Counted from the first letter of the stretch, positions 34,847 through 48,109 are shown. The stretch: 64,000 nucleotides of DNA from Octopus vulgaris (GCA_951406725.2 OX597815.1:161324001-161388000), one strand, 5' to 3'. Notes: generated by a model not told the origin, from the sequence alone. A program made the numbers and translations.

Positions 34847-37612
34847 TCACTTGTCCTGCCTGGTCTTCTCACGTACAGAATATTTCCAAAGGTCTCGGTC
34901 TCTGGTCATTTCCTCAGTGAGGCCTAAAGTTCGAAGGTCGTGCTTCACCACCTCGTCCCAGGTTTTCCTGGGTCTACCTCTTCCACGGGTTCCCTCAACT
35001 GCTAGGGATTGGCACTTTCTCACACACCTATCTTCATCCATTCTCGCCACATGACCATACCAGCGCAATCGTCTCTCTTGCACACCACAACTGATGCTTC
35101 TTAGGTACAACATTTCTCTCAAGGTGCTAACGCTCTGTCGAGTATGTACACTGACATTACACATCCATCGGAGCATACTGGCTTCATTCCTCACGAGCTT
35201 ACGCATGTCCTCAGCAGTCACGGCCCATGTTTCGCTGCCATGTAGCATGGCTGTTCGTACACACGCATCATACAGTCTGCCTTTTACTCTGAGCGAGAGG
35301 CCTTTAGTCACCAGCAGAGGTAAGAGCTCCCTAAACTTTGCCCAGGCTATTCTTATTCTAGCAGTTACACTTTCAGCGCACCCACCCCCACTACTGACTT
35401 GGTCACCTAGATAACGGAAGCTATCAACTACTTCTAGTTTTTCCCCCTGGAAAGTGACGGAAGTTGTTTTCTGCAGATTTTCGGAGGTTAATGCTCCCGA
35501 GCATCTGCCACATACAAAAACTATCTTCCCAGTTAGCCTACCTTTGACATTGCTGCACCTCTTATGTGTCCATAGCTTACACTGGGTACATCTTATAGAG
35601 TTTCTACCTACACCTTTTCTACAGATCGAGCAGGGCCATCTTCCTGAAGATATTTGTGGATTGTCTACCTTTCTACTTATTAGTACTTTGGTTTTAGCTA
35701 GGTTGACTCTAAGGCCCCTTGATTCTAAACCCTCCTTCCACACCTGGAACTTCTCCTCCAGTTCTGATAGTGACTCAGCAATAAGAGCAAGGTCGTCAGC
35801 GTAGAGGAGCTCCCAGGGACAGCCTGTCTTGAATTCCTCCGTAATTGCCTGGAGTACTATGATAAATAGGAGGGGCTGAGTACTGAACCCTGGTGGACCC
35901 CAACCTCTACTTTGAATTCTTCTGTGTACATGTTGCCAACCCTAACCTTACTTACGGCATCTCTGTACATGGCTTGCACAATCCTCACCAGCCATTCATC
36001 TATCCCTAGTTTCCTCATTGACCACCAGATAAGGGATCGGGGGACCCTATCAAAAGCTTTCTCCATGTCAACGAAAGCCAGGTACAGGGGCTTATCTTTG
36101 GCTAGGTATTTCTCCTGCAGCTGCCTTACCAGGAATATAGCATCAGTGGTACTTTTCCCTGGCACGAACCCAAACTGCATCTCATCTAAACTAACTCTCT
36201 CTCTAATTAGTTGGGCTATGACCCTCTCCGTAACCTTCATTACTTGATCCAACAGCTTGATACCTCTGTAATTATTTGTATCTAGGGCATCACCTTTACC
36301 TTTGTAGCAGTTGACTAGTATGCTGCTGCACCAGTCATTGGGTATGACTCCTTCGTGTATCACCTGGTTGACTATACGGGTGACTAGGTTATAGCCGACA
36401 CTGCCAGATATTTTGAGCATCTCTGCAGTAATTCCTGATGGGCCTGGGGCTTTCCCTGTCTTCATGCTTCTAATTGCCTTAGCTACCACGGAACTATCAA
36501 CTCGGATAGCTGGTCCCTCTGTAGGGTCAACATTCGGCAGACTCTCTTTATCCCATTCATTTTCCTCATTCAGTAACCTTTCATAGTGGCGTCTCCAAGC
36601 TTCTCTCTTTGCATCCTCATTTAGCGCAAGTGAACCATCCTCCATGCGAACACATTTCTCTCCTACCACATCACGATTCTCTCTCACACACTGTCTTGCA
36701 ACACGAAATACCTCAAGTCTTTCATCCTCATGGCGCAGGACATTGGCAAATTTTCTCTTATCTGCTTCCCCTCTGGCTAGATAGACCTGTCTCCTAGCTT
36801 CCCTTCTGGCAGTCTGATACCCTTCCCTGCTACCACCGTTCTTCCAGGCCTTCCAAGCCTGTTTCTTTTGTCTAATAGCCCTGTCAACAATATTGTTCCA
36901 CCACCACGTTATTTTGGGTCTTAAGGGGACTTTGCACCAGCCACAGATCTGGTCAGCGGCTTTCAGCAGGTTGTCCCTCAGAAACGTCCAGTTGTCTTCT
37001 ACCCCATGTGTAGCTATACCCCCTTCCACTTCGTCGAAGGCTTCAAGTAACATATCTCTAAATCTCTGTCCATTCGCAGGGGCTTTAAGCTTCCAGACCC
37101 TTCTTCTCCATGTTGGTCGTCTTCTAGTCGCCCTCTTAGTCCTGATCCTAAAGTCACTAACTACCAGTCTATGTTGTGGGGTACATTCTTCGCCTGGGAA
37201 GGTTTTGGCATTTTTAAGCAGCCATCTTTCCCTTTTTCTGGCAAGGATGTAGTCGATTTGGCTAGTATGCCGGCCCGATCGGTAGGTGACCAGGTGGCTT
37301 GTTGGTTTCCTGAAGTTAGTGTTGCAGACCATAAGACTATTCGCATCGCAGAACTCCAGCAGCCTGGTTCCCTCCTCGTTGCGGGAACCATAACCGTAGC
37401 CTCCATGTACGCCATGGAAGCCCCCAGCATGTCGTCCAACATGCCCATTGAAATCACCAGCCACAAAGAGAAGGTCCCTGTCGTTCGTCGATGAGGTGGT
37501 CTGCAGTAGGGTGTCATAGAAACTGTCTTTCTGTCCATCGGGTAGCCCTGGCTGAGGGGCATAGGCCGATATAATGGTTGCTAATCTATTATGAAGCACT
37601 ATTCTAATCTTA
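34847..37612 (-). pseudogene. RTE ORF: AP endonuclease + reverse transcriptase + PHD-like finger; single frameshift at 35872-35875
   Basis: SAYAPQ, GDFNGHVG, SQIDYIL, QHRLV (APE); KAPGPSG, NYRGIKLL, QFGF, FVDMEKAFDRV, GVHQGSVLSP; adding one C restores LLFIIVLQAITEEFKTGCPWELLYADD continuing into ORF 34847-35743 (YLG, RRLRWYGHV, RGRGRPRKTW). Confidence 0.93.
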
Positions 37613-38117
37613 ATATATATATATATATACATACATATAAATGTAAAAACTTTCTGTTGACAAAGGCTGTGTGGCATTCAATTATTAAAGAAATTAAAAA
37701 ATACACATTAAGAACAGGACATCACTAACGAGTGAAAAGTAATAATTATAACGATAAAGAAAATGGAGACTGATACATCCTCAAAATTTATTTCCTTTCA
37801 TTTTTACATTTTCATACAGTATGTATTTATGGTTATGATGACCTATATGTGATGCCACTGCACAGAGCAGGGACAGTTGCTCATGCAACCGGGCATAATT
37901 TTCGTTGCAGCTAGGCTTGAAGTGAACTATCATTGTAATTATTGCTAATATACATTCCAGTAAACACAGAATTACCCAACGGAGGAATTTACAGTATGAG
38001 TGACAACACATATTAGTCATAAAAATTAAATACTACTCAATGTGGTTAGCCATAACCTGGAACATAACTGAGAACTACCACAGTATTTGCCAGGATAATA
38101 TATCCCTCTAAACTCAA

Positions 38118-38140
38118 CATATATATATATACAAAAATGG

Positions 38141-38177
<37 letters not shown>

Positions 38178-38242
38178 AAAATGGAACAATATATATATAT
38201 ATATATACAAAAATGGAACAATATATATATATACAAAAATGG

Positions 38243-38285
<43 letters not shown>
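38118..38285. repeat. (TA)n-caaaaatggaaca minisatellite, 4 units
   Basis: Direct inspection. Confidence 0.9.
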
Positions 38286-38287
<2 letters not shown>

Positions 38288-38304
38288 TCATCACAATATA
38301 TATT

Positions 38305-38660
38305 GTGGTTGTATGGTAAGATGCTTGCTTCCCATTCACATGGTTCCAGGTTCAGTCCAACTCTGTGGTACCTTGGGCAAGTGTCTTCTACTATAGCTTC
38401 AAGCTGACCAAAGCCTTATGAGACAGAAACTGAAAGGAACCCATTGTATATGTGTATATATCTATGTATGTGTGTGTGTGTGTGTCTTCATGTCTGTGTT
38501 TGCTCTTTACATCTCAGTAACTTACCAGTTTGGCAAAAGGAACCGATAGAATAAGTACTAAGCTTGAAAAAAATAAGTCCTGGAGTTGATTTGTTTGACT
38601 AAAACCCTCTAAGTTGGTGTGCTAGCATGACCACAGTCAAATCACTGAAACAAGCAAAAG
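38305..38660 (+). mobile_element. SINE family A
   Basis: Family A similarity. Confidence 0.85.
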
Positions 38661-39259
38661 CTATATATATATTTATATACACATGCACACATACACATGA
38701 TGTGTATACAGATACACAATGTATGCACACCCTTATCAACAACTGTCTTCTTTACCCCATCCAAATATATATTTTTCTTTAATTTGTTTATAACGTGCAT
38801 CAAAATGAAATTTCAATGATGACATGTCATAAAATATGACAGACAGTTACCAGTAGCAGCTGCTGTTTCCATTTGTCCATGTGATTCACCATCTTCTCAG
38901 CTCACTGTATCTATCTCTTAATAACGGCACATAAGTTTCCTTTCTTCCTCCCCATTCTCTTCCTTCTACATTGTTTCTTAGTTGGAAGTCCTGTCTTTCT
39001 ATTCTTAGCAGCATATAGTGCATTCTCTCTTTCTCTTACCACTCATACCAATACATACATATATGTGTCAGAAGGAAGTGTACTCAATGCCATAATAAAG
39101 ATCAATGTTTTCATTTTGGTTGAGTCAGTCTCTTGCTACTTTGAGTTTCACCTGTGAGTAATAGAATGACGTGTGTGTGTGCTTGTGTGCATATGTGTAT
39201 GTGTGTGCATGTACACACACACACACACATATATAAGCACCATCGGAACGTGGCTGATG

Positions 39260-39820
39260 CAATCTGATCTATCAATGTTTCTACAGCTGGGTGCCCTTCC
39301 TAATGCCAACCACTCTTAGAGTGTAGTAGGTGCTTTTTACGTTCCACCGGCACTGGAGCCAGTTAGGCAGGTCTGGCATTGATCACATTCGGGTAGTGCT
39401 TTTTATGTGTCACCAGCATGGAAACCAGTCAGGGGGAACTGATATCAGCCATGTTTGGATGGTGCTTTTTTATGTGCTACCAGCATGGGAAACAGTTAGG
39501 GGGCACTGCCATCAACCACATTCGGATGGTGCTATTTACATGTCACTGGCATGGGAACCAATCAGGCAGACCTGGCATCGACCACATTTGGATGGTGCAT
39601 TTTACATGCCATCAGAATGGGAGCCAGTCAGGGGGCACTGGCCACAGCTACCATTTTGGTTTTACTTGACTCAGCAGGTCTTCTCAAGCATATCATATTG
39701 CCCAATGCATCAAGGGTACTTTTAAATGGGCTGGACATGCAACCCTGGCATCGGCTATGGTTGCAGTCTCACTTTAGTTGCTGGGTCTTCTCAATCACAG
39801 CATATCTCCAAAGGTCTCGG
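39260..39820 (-). mobile_element. Older RTE 3' UTR fragment with five ~66-bp tandem units
   Basis: gtgcttttta(c/t)gtgccaccagca...cacattcggat units at 39330-39650; ORF-end homology ctccaaaggtctcgg near 39806. Confidence 0.8.
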
Positions 39821-40291
39821 CTTCCTACAATAATACATTTTATTTGCGATTTACATCTTGTAACAACATCAGAGAAGACCATAATAATGCATATAATTGA
39901 AGAGAAAAGACGAGAAACAAAACAGACATTAGAAAGGAAAGAAACACTGGACAAACAAGTTCTACAAAGATATGTTGAGGTATTAAATCAAGCGTAGTCA
40001 ATCAGGTAATGCTCTTAGCACAAATGAAGTAGAATAAACACAAAAGCATGAGGTTAAGAATGAATAAATGAAATATTGATTTTGAGAAAGAATAGTGAAG
40101 TTTCTTGTAATACAATAAATGTATAAAGCATATTGCTGTCTCCATTAATTTTCCAGCATCTATCTACCTATGATTTTATTTTATTTTATTTATTGATCCA
40201 CTATTTAGTTTTAGCAATGATAGGGATTGCAGATGTGGATTTCTACTTGAAAGAGCAGTGCAAATACACATGCAAACATTTACACATACAT

Positions 40292-40434
40292 AGGTGCTGG
40301 CATGGTTGTATGGTAAGAAATTTGCTTCCCAGCCACATGGTTCTGGGTTCAGTCTCAGTATGTGGCACCTTGGGTAACCAAAGCCTTGTGGGTGGATTTG
40401 GTAGACATAAATTGAAAGAAGCCCATCATGTATG

Positions 40435-40469
<35 letters not shown>

Positions 40470-40683
40470 CTTTGTATCTATTTTTTCCACCACCACTGCT
40501 TGACAACCGGTGTTGGTGTGTTTGCATCCCCGTAACTTTGCAGTTCAACCAAAGAGAATGATAGAATAAGTACCAGGCTTCAGAAACAAAAAAGAAACTG
40601 TGTTCAATTCATTCGACTAAAAATTCAAGGCGGTGCACCAGCATGGCCACAGTGTATTGACTGATGCAAGTAAATGATAAAAG
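40292..40683 (+). mobile_element. SINE family A
   Basis: Family A similarity. Confidence 0.85.
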
Positions 40684-41229
40684 ATACATATATTCACACA
40701 CACACACGTGTGTATGTACAAGTTTTTGCCTTTTTATGCATATAGACACATACACACATAAACACTGAAATCTCTAACAACAGAATGCATTAACAACAAT
40801 TGTGTTGTATTTTTTCAATCAGTTAATATTGATGTTTTTGTCTGTATTTTCTTCATCTTGGATGTGTTGCTTACATGATATTCAATCTGAAATCTTTCTT
40901 CAATTATCTTCAAATGATATTCATCAGAGGGTAGAACCTATATTTTTACTAACTAGACCTGTTGTTCTAACCACTGGGTTATTATTTCAGAGGATAACAA
41001 GCTTCGTCATTTTACAGTGCTTAAACTTTACATCTAAATATTTGTCTCCATATTTTTACCATTTTACTAAGTTCCTATCAAGAATATTTAAGTCAGCTCC
41101 TTTTTTTCTTTTTTTATTTATCAACTGTACACAACAGATCAAGACGTGTCCAGAACACCTTCCACCTGAAAACTTGAATCAAATATTTAATCATGTTCAC
41201 ACACACACACACACACATTCAATATATAC

Positions 41230-41442
41230 AAGGAGGTGCTGAAAAATTCCTGACCTTAAGGGTATCACGAAAGACCTGGTTATAAACCCAGCCTTCTGAG
41301 TTCTTTTACAGGGCTTAGAAATAGTGAAGGACCACTGCAATAAGTGTGTGGATATGAGAGGGATGTTGAATAAAATCATAATTAACTGATCCTCCTGTAT
41401 TTTCTTTTACCCAAAGTCAGGAACTTTTCAGCACCTCCTCAT
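41230..41442 (+). mobile_element. Mariner-derived MITE, same family as 5560-5780
   Basis: aggaggtgctgaaaattcctgac / gtcaggaacttttcagcacctcct TIRs; QGLEIVKDHCNKCV remnant. Confidence 0.8.
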
Positions 41443-42166
41443 GTATATGTGTGTATATATACACACACACACACACACATATGCATATACACACACACAC
41501 ACACTTACATATATATACAATATGTAGAAGAGATTACAACCCAAGCTGTGACCTCTTGAAGCACATTTGCATATTCTAGCTATCAGTTTTATGTATGCAG
41601 ATGTTTTATTTTTAAGGAGAAAACCATACATACAATTTGAAATTCCTGGCTAAATATATTAAAAATAATAGAGTAAATTCCAGTCTTAGTTTATATATAT
41701 ATATATATACACACACACACAAATAGTTTGCTAAAGTATTAAAATTCTTACATTTTTTTTCTCTCTTCCTTCTAGGCACTGTTGGAATATGCTACCATGG
41801 TGATGAGTCCCTCTGTATCGTCGACATCCTCAAGAACCACGGGAAATGCCGTCACCTATACTTAGCAGAGTGATAACTTCAGCTAAAGTTACCAAAGTTC
41901 TTTGGCAATGGAACTAACTTACCAAGTTGATCCTTGCATTTTACATCCACTGCTGCTAATTGGAAACATTTACATACAAACACACACATGGAAAACATAA
42001 CATAAACATTCTACAATATAAGATATATGTATATATATACATACAGAAATGTGTATATAATTATTTATACATATCCATATGTGTATAGAATTATATATAT
42101 ATATATGTGTGTTTATATAAATATATGTGTGTATATATATACATGTATATATATATACACACACAC

Positions 42167-42200
<34 letters not shown>

Positions 42201-43350
42201 CACACATGTGTGTATACATGATATATAAGCATTTTCTCTGTGTGTGTGTGTAAGACACATACATTGAATATACATGGAGATATATAAATGTATTGTATAT
42301 TATGCTTATGTACATACTCAGACACATATATGCATGCACATTCGGACACACACACACACGCATATATATATGTATACTGAATACAGTTTGTGTGGCTATG
42401 TGCATACGTATCTATGTGTAAGTGTGTATAGAAATGTTTGTATACATATAATGCAATCTCGCAGAAATGAAAACTGCTTGTTAAAGAAACAGCTGAAAAC
42501 TGCTGGCATGAAGAAATGACAAGACTTGAGCAGGGCAAAAAATTATCAAAATATTTTATCAAAAACAAAATCATTTAATGATAAATTGAATAACTTATGT
42601 CACTGCTTCCAACGAATTAACAATTCATAAATTTGTTTTATATACACTGGCAATATGTGTGTATGTCTATATGCATGTGTGAACTTGTTTATAAGTGCAT
42701 ATTTATAAATGATTTCACATCATATATATATAAATATATATATATATATGTATATATATATATGAATGTATGTATATTATCTATATGTATGAGCATGTAT
42801 AAATATATGAATACTTTGGTATATATATTTTTACGAGCATATGTGCGAGTGTGTGTGTCTATTTATATGAATGTATATGTATGGATGGATAATTAACTTG
42901 TATTTGACGATGATTTTATGTAATTAATGTTGTATTCTAAAATATATAAATAACATTTAGTCTGTCATTCAATTTGTCTGTGAAATAATTTATCAAAGAA
43001 TGATATCACATGCAAATAAATGAATAATTCATTCGTTCAACTGTATCTACATGTGTTAGATTTTTGATTTTGCCTTTAGTCTGTGGTATGTTTATGTATG
43101 TATCTGAGTGTTTAAATATATACATGTTTGCGTGTGCGTACATATATTCATTTGTAAATATGTAAAATGAAATTATGGTACTGGAGTACAAAGAATGGAT
43201 ACAAAGAGCTTGATACTGCAAGCAGAATCATATGAAAAATCCAAGTTGAAAAGAATCAGAATAAGAATGACTAATTTCATATATCAAAAAAATTATTAAG
43301 TTGAAACTACCATTATGTAAATAGAGTCTAATCAACTTTATAACATTTCC

Positions 43351-43424
<74 letters not shown>

Positions 43425-43754
43425 AACGATGATGATGATATGCACACACGTATATATATATATATATGATCTTCATCCTCATCATTGTTTAAAGTCTGCC
43501 TTTTCTAAAGTGACATGTGTTCATCTGGCCTACAATACAATGTCTTTTTGTGTATCTTTAAACTTGTCTTTGTATCAAAGAATCCCACCATTCTTCAGTA
43601 TGATTTTTCTTAATAATCCTTCCTGATTTTATGTTACTCTTCTCACTCTATCTGTACCTTCTTTCTACAGCTTTTTTTTTACCCAGAATACCTCATCCAT
43701 TTGCTTTATGTAACTTAGTTATCTATCCTGCATACATTAGCTAATGTGTATGAT

Positions 43755-45100
43755 ATATATCAAGCCATGTACAAAGACACTGACAGTAGGGTTAGAGTTA
43801 ACCACAAGTACAGTGGAGAATTTGGTGTACAGGTAGGGGGTTCATCAAGGCTCAGTCCTTAGTCCCTTCCTTTTCATCACTGTCTTCCTGGCCATTTCAG
43901 GAATTCAGGACTGGAAACACCTAGGAACTAATATATGTTGATGATCTTGCCCTTATAACAGATTCTATATCAGAGCTAGAAAAAAAATTCTAAGCATGGA
44001 AGCAAAACCTGGAATCTAAAGGCCTTAAGGTTTACTTAGCAAAGATTAAGGTCCTAGTAAGCAAGAAATCTGACAGAACCCTACCCCACTCTCAAGTTGG
44101 TGGCCCTGTTCGATTTGTAGGAAAGGTGTAGACAGGAACTCCATATGGTGTACCCAGAGTAAGCTTTGGACACACAAAAGGTGCAATGGATTAATGGGAA
44201 GGTTATCAGAGAAGATATTTTTCACATGTGGAAGACGCCCAGGATCCATAAAACTTTAGAGATTCAAGAAATTGATTCTCTCAAATGCCCCTAGTGGCTC
44301 ATTGGAGATAGTAGATAACTTCTGCTACCTAGGGGACCAAATTAGTAGTGGGGAAGGATGCATAGAGAGTGTGATAGCTAAAATAAAAATAGGATGGCCA
44401 TGAAAAGTTTCTCTCTCCAAGGGAAAGGAAAACTGTATGATGCAGGTATACGGACAGCAATTTTACATGGTAGTGAGACATGGGCTCTGAATGCAGAGGA
44501 CATGCAAAGGTTAGAATTGAATGAAGCTAGTATGTTCTGCTGGCTGTGTAATGTGAGAGTACATGTTTGACAGGGTGCTAGTGTTTTGAGAGAGAAGTTA
44601 GGCATAAGAGGAATTAGTTGCTGCGTGCAAGAGAGAAGGCTTCACTGGTTTGGTCATGTGATGTGAATGGATGCTGACAACTCCATAAAAAAGTGCTGAT
44701 CTTTCAAAGTAGATGGAACATGTGGAGATCCAAGAAGACATGGGATGAAGTACTGAGGAATGACCTCAGGATGCTGAATCTTTCACATTGGAAGTGTTAA
44801 CATCAGTCTCCCTTGTGATGAAAAGCACTCGTGGCAGTGCCATGTAAAAGTATCTGTGTGGTTCCATATAAATGCACCTATGCGGTGCCATGTAAAAGCA
44901 CCTGTACGGCACCACATAAAAGCACCTGTGCTGTACCACATAAAAGCACCCAGTACACTCTGTAGAGTGATTGGTGTTAGGAAGAGCATCCAGCCAAAGA
45001 AACCATGTCAAATCAGACTGGAGCCTGGTGCAGCTTGCCAGCTCTGGTCAAACCATCTAACCCATGCCAGCATGGATAATGGGCATTAAATGATGATGAT
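43755..45100 (+). pseudogene. Degraded RTE LINE 3' portion (same lineage as 34028-37612)
   Basis: QAMYKD, HQGSVLSP, YVDDL, WPCSICRKGVDRNSIWCTQSKLWTHKRC, LHGSETWAL, RRLHWFGHV; many stops; 21-bp repeat array and (GAT)n tail. Confidence 0.88.
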
Positions 45101-45572
45101 CATGACATATCACTGCTTTGAAACATTGTTATTTAATATTTTCCCTCCCAACTTTAACCTGCTCGACCATAATAACATCATTTCATTCATTTCTAATTGC
45201 TGCAGATCTACTGTAACACCTCTGTCATATTTTATGGCTACACAACATTAAATTTCTTAACCATGCATTATATAATCTGTATTTAATGTGTATTGTGGGA
45301 AAGACTCTTTTGTGTTCTATTTCTCAATGCAAAATTTCCATCTCTAAATTCTTCCATTCCCCTCAAACCTAGATCACTGAATAGTTAAATAGTTACTAGT
45401 TCCAAACACTGCAAGTAACAAGAGGTATGTAACATTTCCAGTATGTATCAGAATAGTTTGAGATCTATTATCCTTGGTAAGTACCTACTGTTAGTAGTAT
45501 TATCAATATTAGTAATCAGTGTTTATTTTATGCTGCTAAATATTTGGCGTCATATCAGACTTACACCATATA

Positions 45573-46315
45573 CAGGTTATCACAGAATTAATTATTTCAG
45601 TGAAATTGGACAATTTTTAAAAAAAAACTCTATTTATGTTTATCATGTTTAATATGTATTAAAAGTGTATAAATTTTAAATTTTGTTTATAACTTTAGTA
45701 TTTAAAAGATTTTTTTTAGAATTTTATTTTCATTCTTGTTAGATCTTACTCATCTAATTTAGCTGCAATCATTTTCTCTGCCTCCATCTCCAGGGTGAAG
45801 CAGTCGTTTAGCTGAACTTAGAGAATGCATTCAATTAGCAGTGTAGGAGATAACTCCTGAAATGCTTCAAAATGTGTTTCACAACACGAAGGATAGATTT
45901 GAAATTTGCAGGGAAACAGATGAAGCACATGCTGAAAATTTTCAATAAAGTTTTGACATAAGATTTATAAATCTCGGAGATGTACTTGCATAGCAAGTGA
46001 TTTGATCTGAGATCAAATAGCAGCCAAGATCTGACTAAGTTTAATTTGTCAAAATATTTTTGCCGTTTTAAGACCGCGACCTGTTCACTGACTTAAAGCG
46101 ACGAAAATATTTTGACAAATTAAACTTAAATGTTGAAGTGAATCAAACGGCTTTTGTGTGTTTCTTAAATGGCTTACAAACACCTTCCACGCTGCAATTG
46201 TTTATAAATCTATTTGCTTGGGTATCATAATTAAGTAATAAATATAAAATCCTGTTAGCTTTTTTAAAATTTGCCCGACTTCATTGAAATAAATAATTAA
46301 TTCTGGGACACCCTG
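45573..46315 (+). mobile_element. Internally deleted Tc1/mariner-superfamily element (CAGGGTGTCCC-type TIRs)
   Basis: TA-caggttatcacagaattaatt...aattaattctgggacaccctg-TA; C-terminal remnant ELRECIQLAV*EITPEMLQNVFHNTKDRFEICRETDEAH at about 45810-45950. Confidence 0.78.
46036..46203. mobile_element. Small inverted-repeat element nested in the mariner remnant
   Basis: 46036-46072 is the imperfect reverse complement of 46092-46128, followed by a unique extension. Confidence 0.55.
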
Positions 46316-46433
46316 TATTTTGTATAACTGTTGTTTTTATTTACTAACTATGTCTTAATTTTTCTTCTTACACTCATTTTAAAGATTGACTATGGCTGTT
46401 TACTGGATTAGATGATCAAAGCTGATCATCACT

Positions 46434-46660
46434 TTCACCCTTTAGCCTTCAAATATTCTGTCAAATGTGATGGTTATTCATTCACACTGTTTTAAATGAA
46501 TCATGCATTATCTTATAGATTCAAGATTTTGATGATGTGATTGCTTATTTTTGAAATGACATTATAGCATATGTGTGAGAAACCAGATCTGCCTGGTTTG
46601 AATGTAAAACAGGTAGAATATTTGGTCCTGATATAGCTGGTTTAAACCCTAAAGGGTTAA
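46434..46660. mobile_element. piggyBac-type MITE
   Basis: cccttta...taaagggttaa; matches 31159-31386. Confidence 0.8.
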
Positions 46661-47309
46661 TCCTGATGATCAAGATTTTGATGTCAAAATTCTTGTTTCT
46701 ATTCACTTATCAATCTTATAATAATCCTGCTTATTCTTCTGTTACTAAGCCCGTTCCACGTAATTAGTCAAAGGGAGAGAGAGGAGGGATGGGGTGTGGG
46801 AGGGAGAGGTAGAGGTAAGTGAAATGTGTATTTTTTGGGGGACTAAGTTTTTTTCCTCCATTACTTAGCCTGCCTGCAATGCTTTCATGCGATTAGTTGA
46901 AGGCAAGGCAAAGAGTAAAAGAAAAAGGAGTAAGTAAGGCAAAGAGAGAGATTGCTGTGTATTAAGTCAATAAAATCGTGCATAAAGTATATAAAGTGCA
47001 TTAAGTAATCATCATATTCCAATTTTCTTCACCTTTCAATGATTAGCAGATGAGTGTCTATCTTTCCTTACAGACACAACACAGGCTGCACTTTCAGGAT
47101 TTTGGGATAAGGCTTTCAGAAATAACCCGATAGGTTTACCATTAATTCCATGAAATATTTATGGGTATCACTTGGTTGATTCTATAACAACAAAATTTAA
47201 ATATTAAAACATTAAAAAATTGATTCTGTCAAATACCTGGAAGGTTAGTTGATAGCTTATGCTACCTAGGCGAGGCTAATGTGTTTCAAAAACATAACAG
47301 CCTGAATTC

Positions 47310-47519
47310 TTTCTTTTATTCTTTTACTTGTTTCAGTCATTTGATTGTGGCCATCCTGGAGCACTGCCTTGAGAAGTTTTAGCCAAACAAATTGACCCCA
47401 GTACTTATTTTTTAAGCCTAGTGCTTATCCCATCAGCCTCTTTTGTTGAACCACTAAGTTGCAGGGATATAAACACACCAACACCACTTGTAAACACAGA
47501 CACAAAGACAAACACACAA

Positions 47520-47567
<48 letters not shown>

Positions 47568-48105
47568 ATAAGATCATTAATTTAAATAAAATATCGATCT
47601 TATCAAGTGGCCAGCATGGAAATAAAAACCTTCAAGGGTAATAATTATTATTAAAATTTATACCTTTTGGGTATCTACGAGATACCACCATGCTGAAAAT
47701 AGCAGCCAAGATCTGACTCTAAAACCACATTAAATGTTTATACAGCACTAGGAGAAAAGACAAAAAACAAAATAAAACTAGTAAAAAAACTAACTAGTTT
47801 TATTTTGTCTTTATGTCTTCTCTCCTTGTGCTGTATGAACATTTAATGTGGTTTTAGAGTCAGATCTTGGCTGCTATTTTCAGCATGGCAGTATCTCATA
47901 GATAGCCTAAATTATAATATATATATATATATATACACATACACATGATGGGCTTCTTTCAGTTTCTGTCTAACAAATCCACTCATAAGGCTTTGATCAA
48001 CCTGAGGCTATAGTGGAAGATACTTGCCCAAAGTGCCATACAGTGGGACTGAACCTGGGAACCATGTGATTCAGAAGTAAGCTTCTTACCATACAGCCAC
48101 ACCTA
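47310..48105 (-). mobile_element. SINE family A with other elements inserted in its internal (TA)n
   Basis: 3' half 47310-47520, 5' half 47945-48105. Confidence 0.8.
47665..47910. repeat. ~245-bp imperfect palindrome (foldback)
   Basis: catgctgaaaatagcagccaagatctgactctaaaaccacattaaatgtt is mirrored exactly at about 47838-47887; centre near 47785. Confidence 0.85.
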
Positions 48106-48109
48106 CGTT

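Larger units (their letters stand above)
34028..37612 (-). mobile_element. RTE-clade non-LTR retrotransposon, 5'-truncated within the endonuclease
   Basis: APE and RT coding sequence, ~820-bp 3' UTR, (GAT)n tail, (TA)n on both flanks. Confidence 0.95.

Noticed and set aside
34076-37562. Plus-strand and alternative-frame ORFs overlapping the RTE element
   Set aside because: Shadow ORFs of the RT coding region and its GC-richer tandem repeats.
37893-37936. ATGA...AA...GA pattern on minus resembling a SECIS or variant hammerhead
   Set aside because: The helix register does not fit and no selenoprotein ORF is adjacent.
39330-39650. CRISPR-like appearance of a repeated motif with intervening sequence
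   Set aside because: The spacers are homologous to each other, the array is part of an RTE 3' UTR, there are no cas genes and the DNA is eukaryotic.
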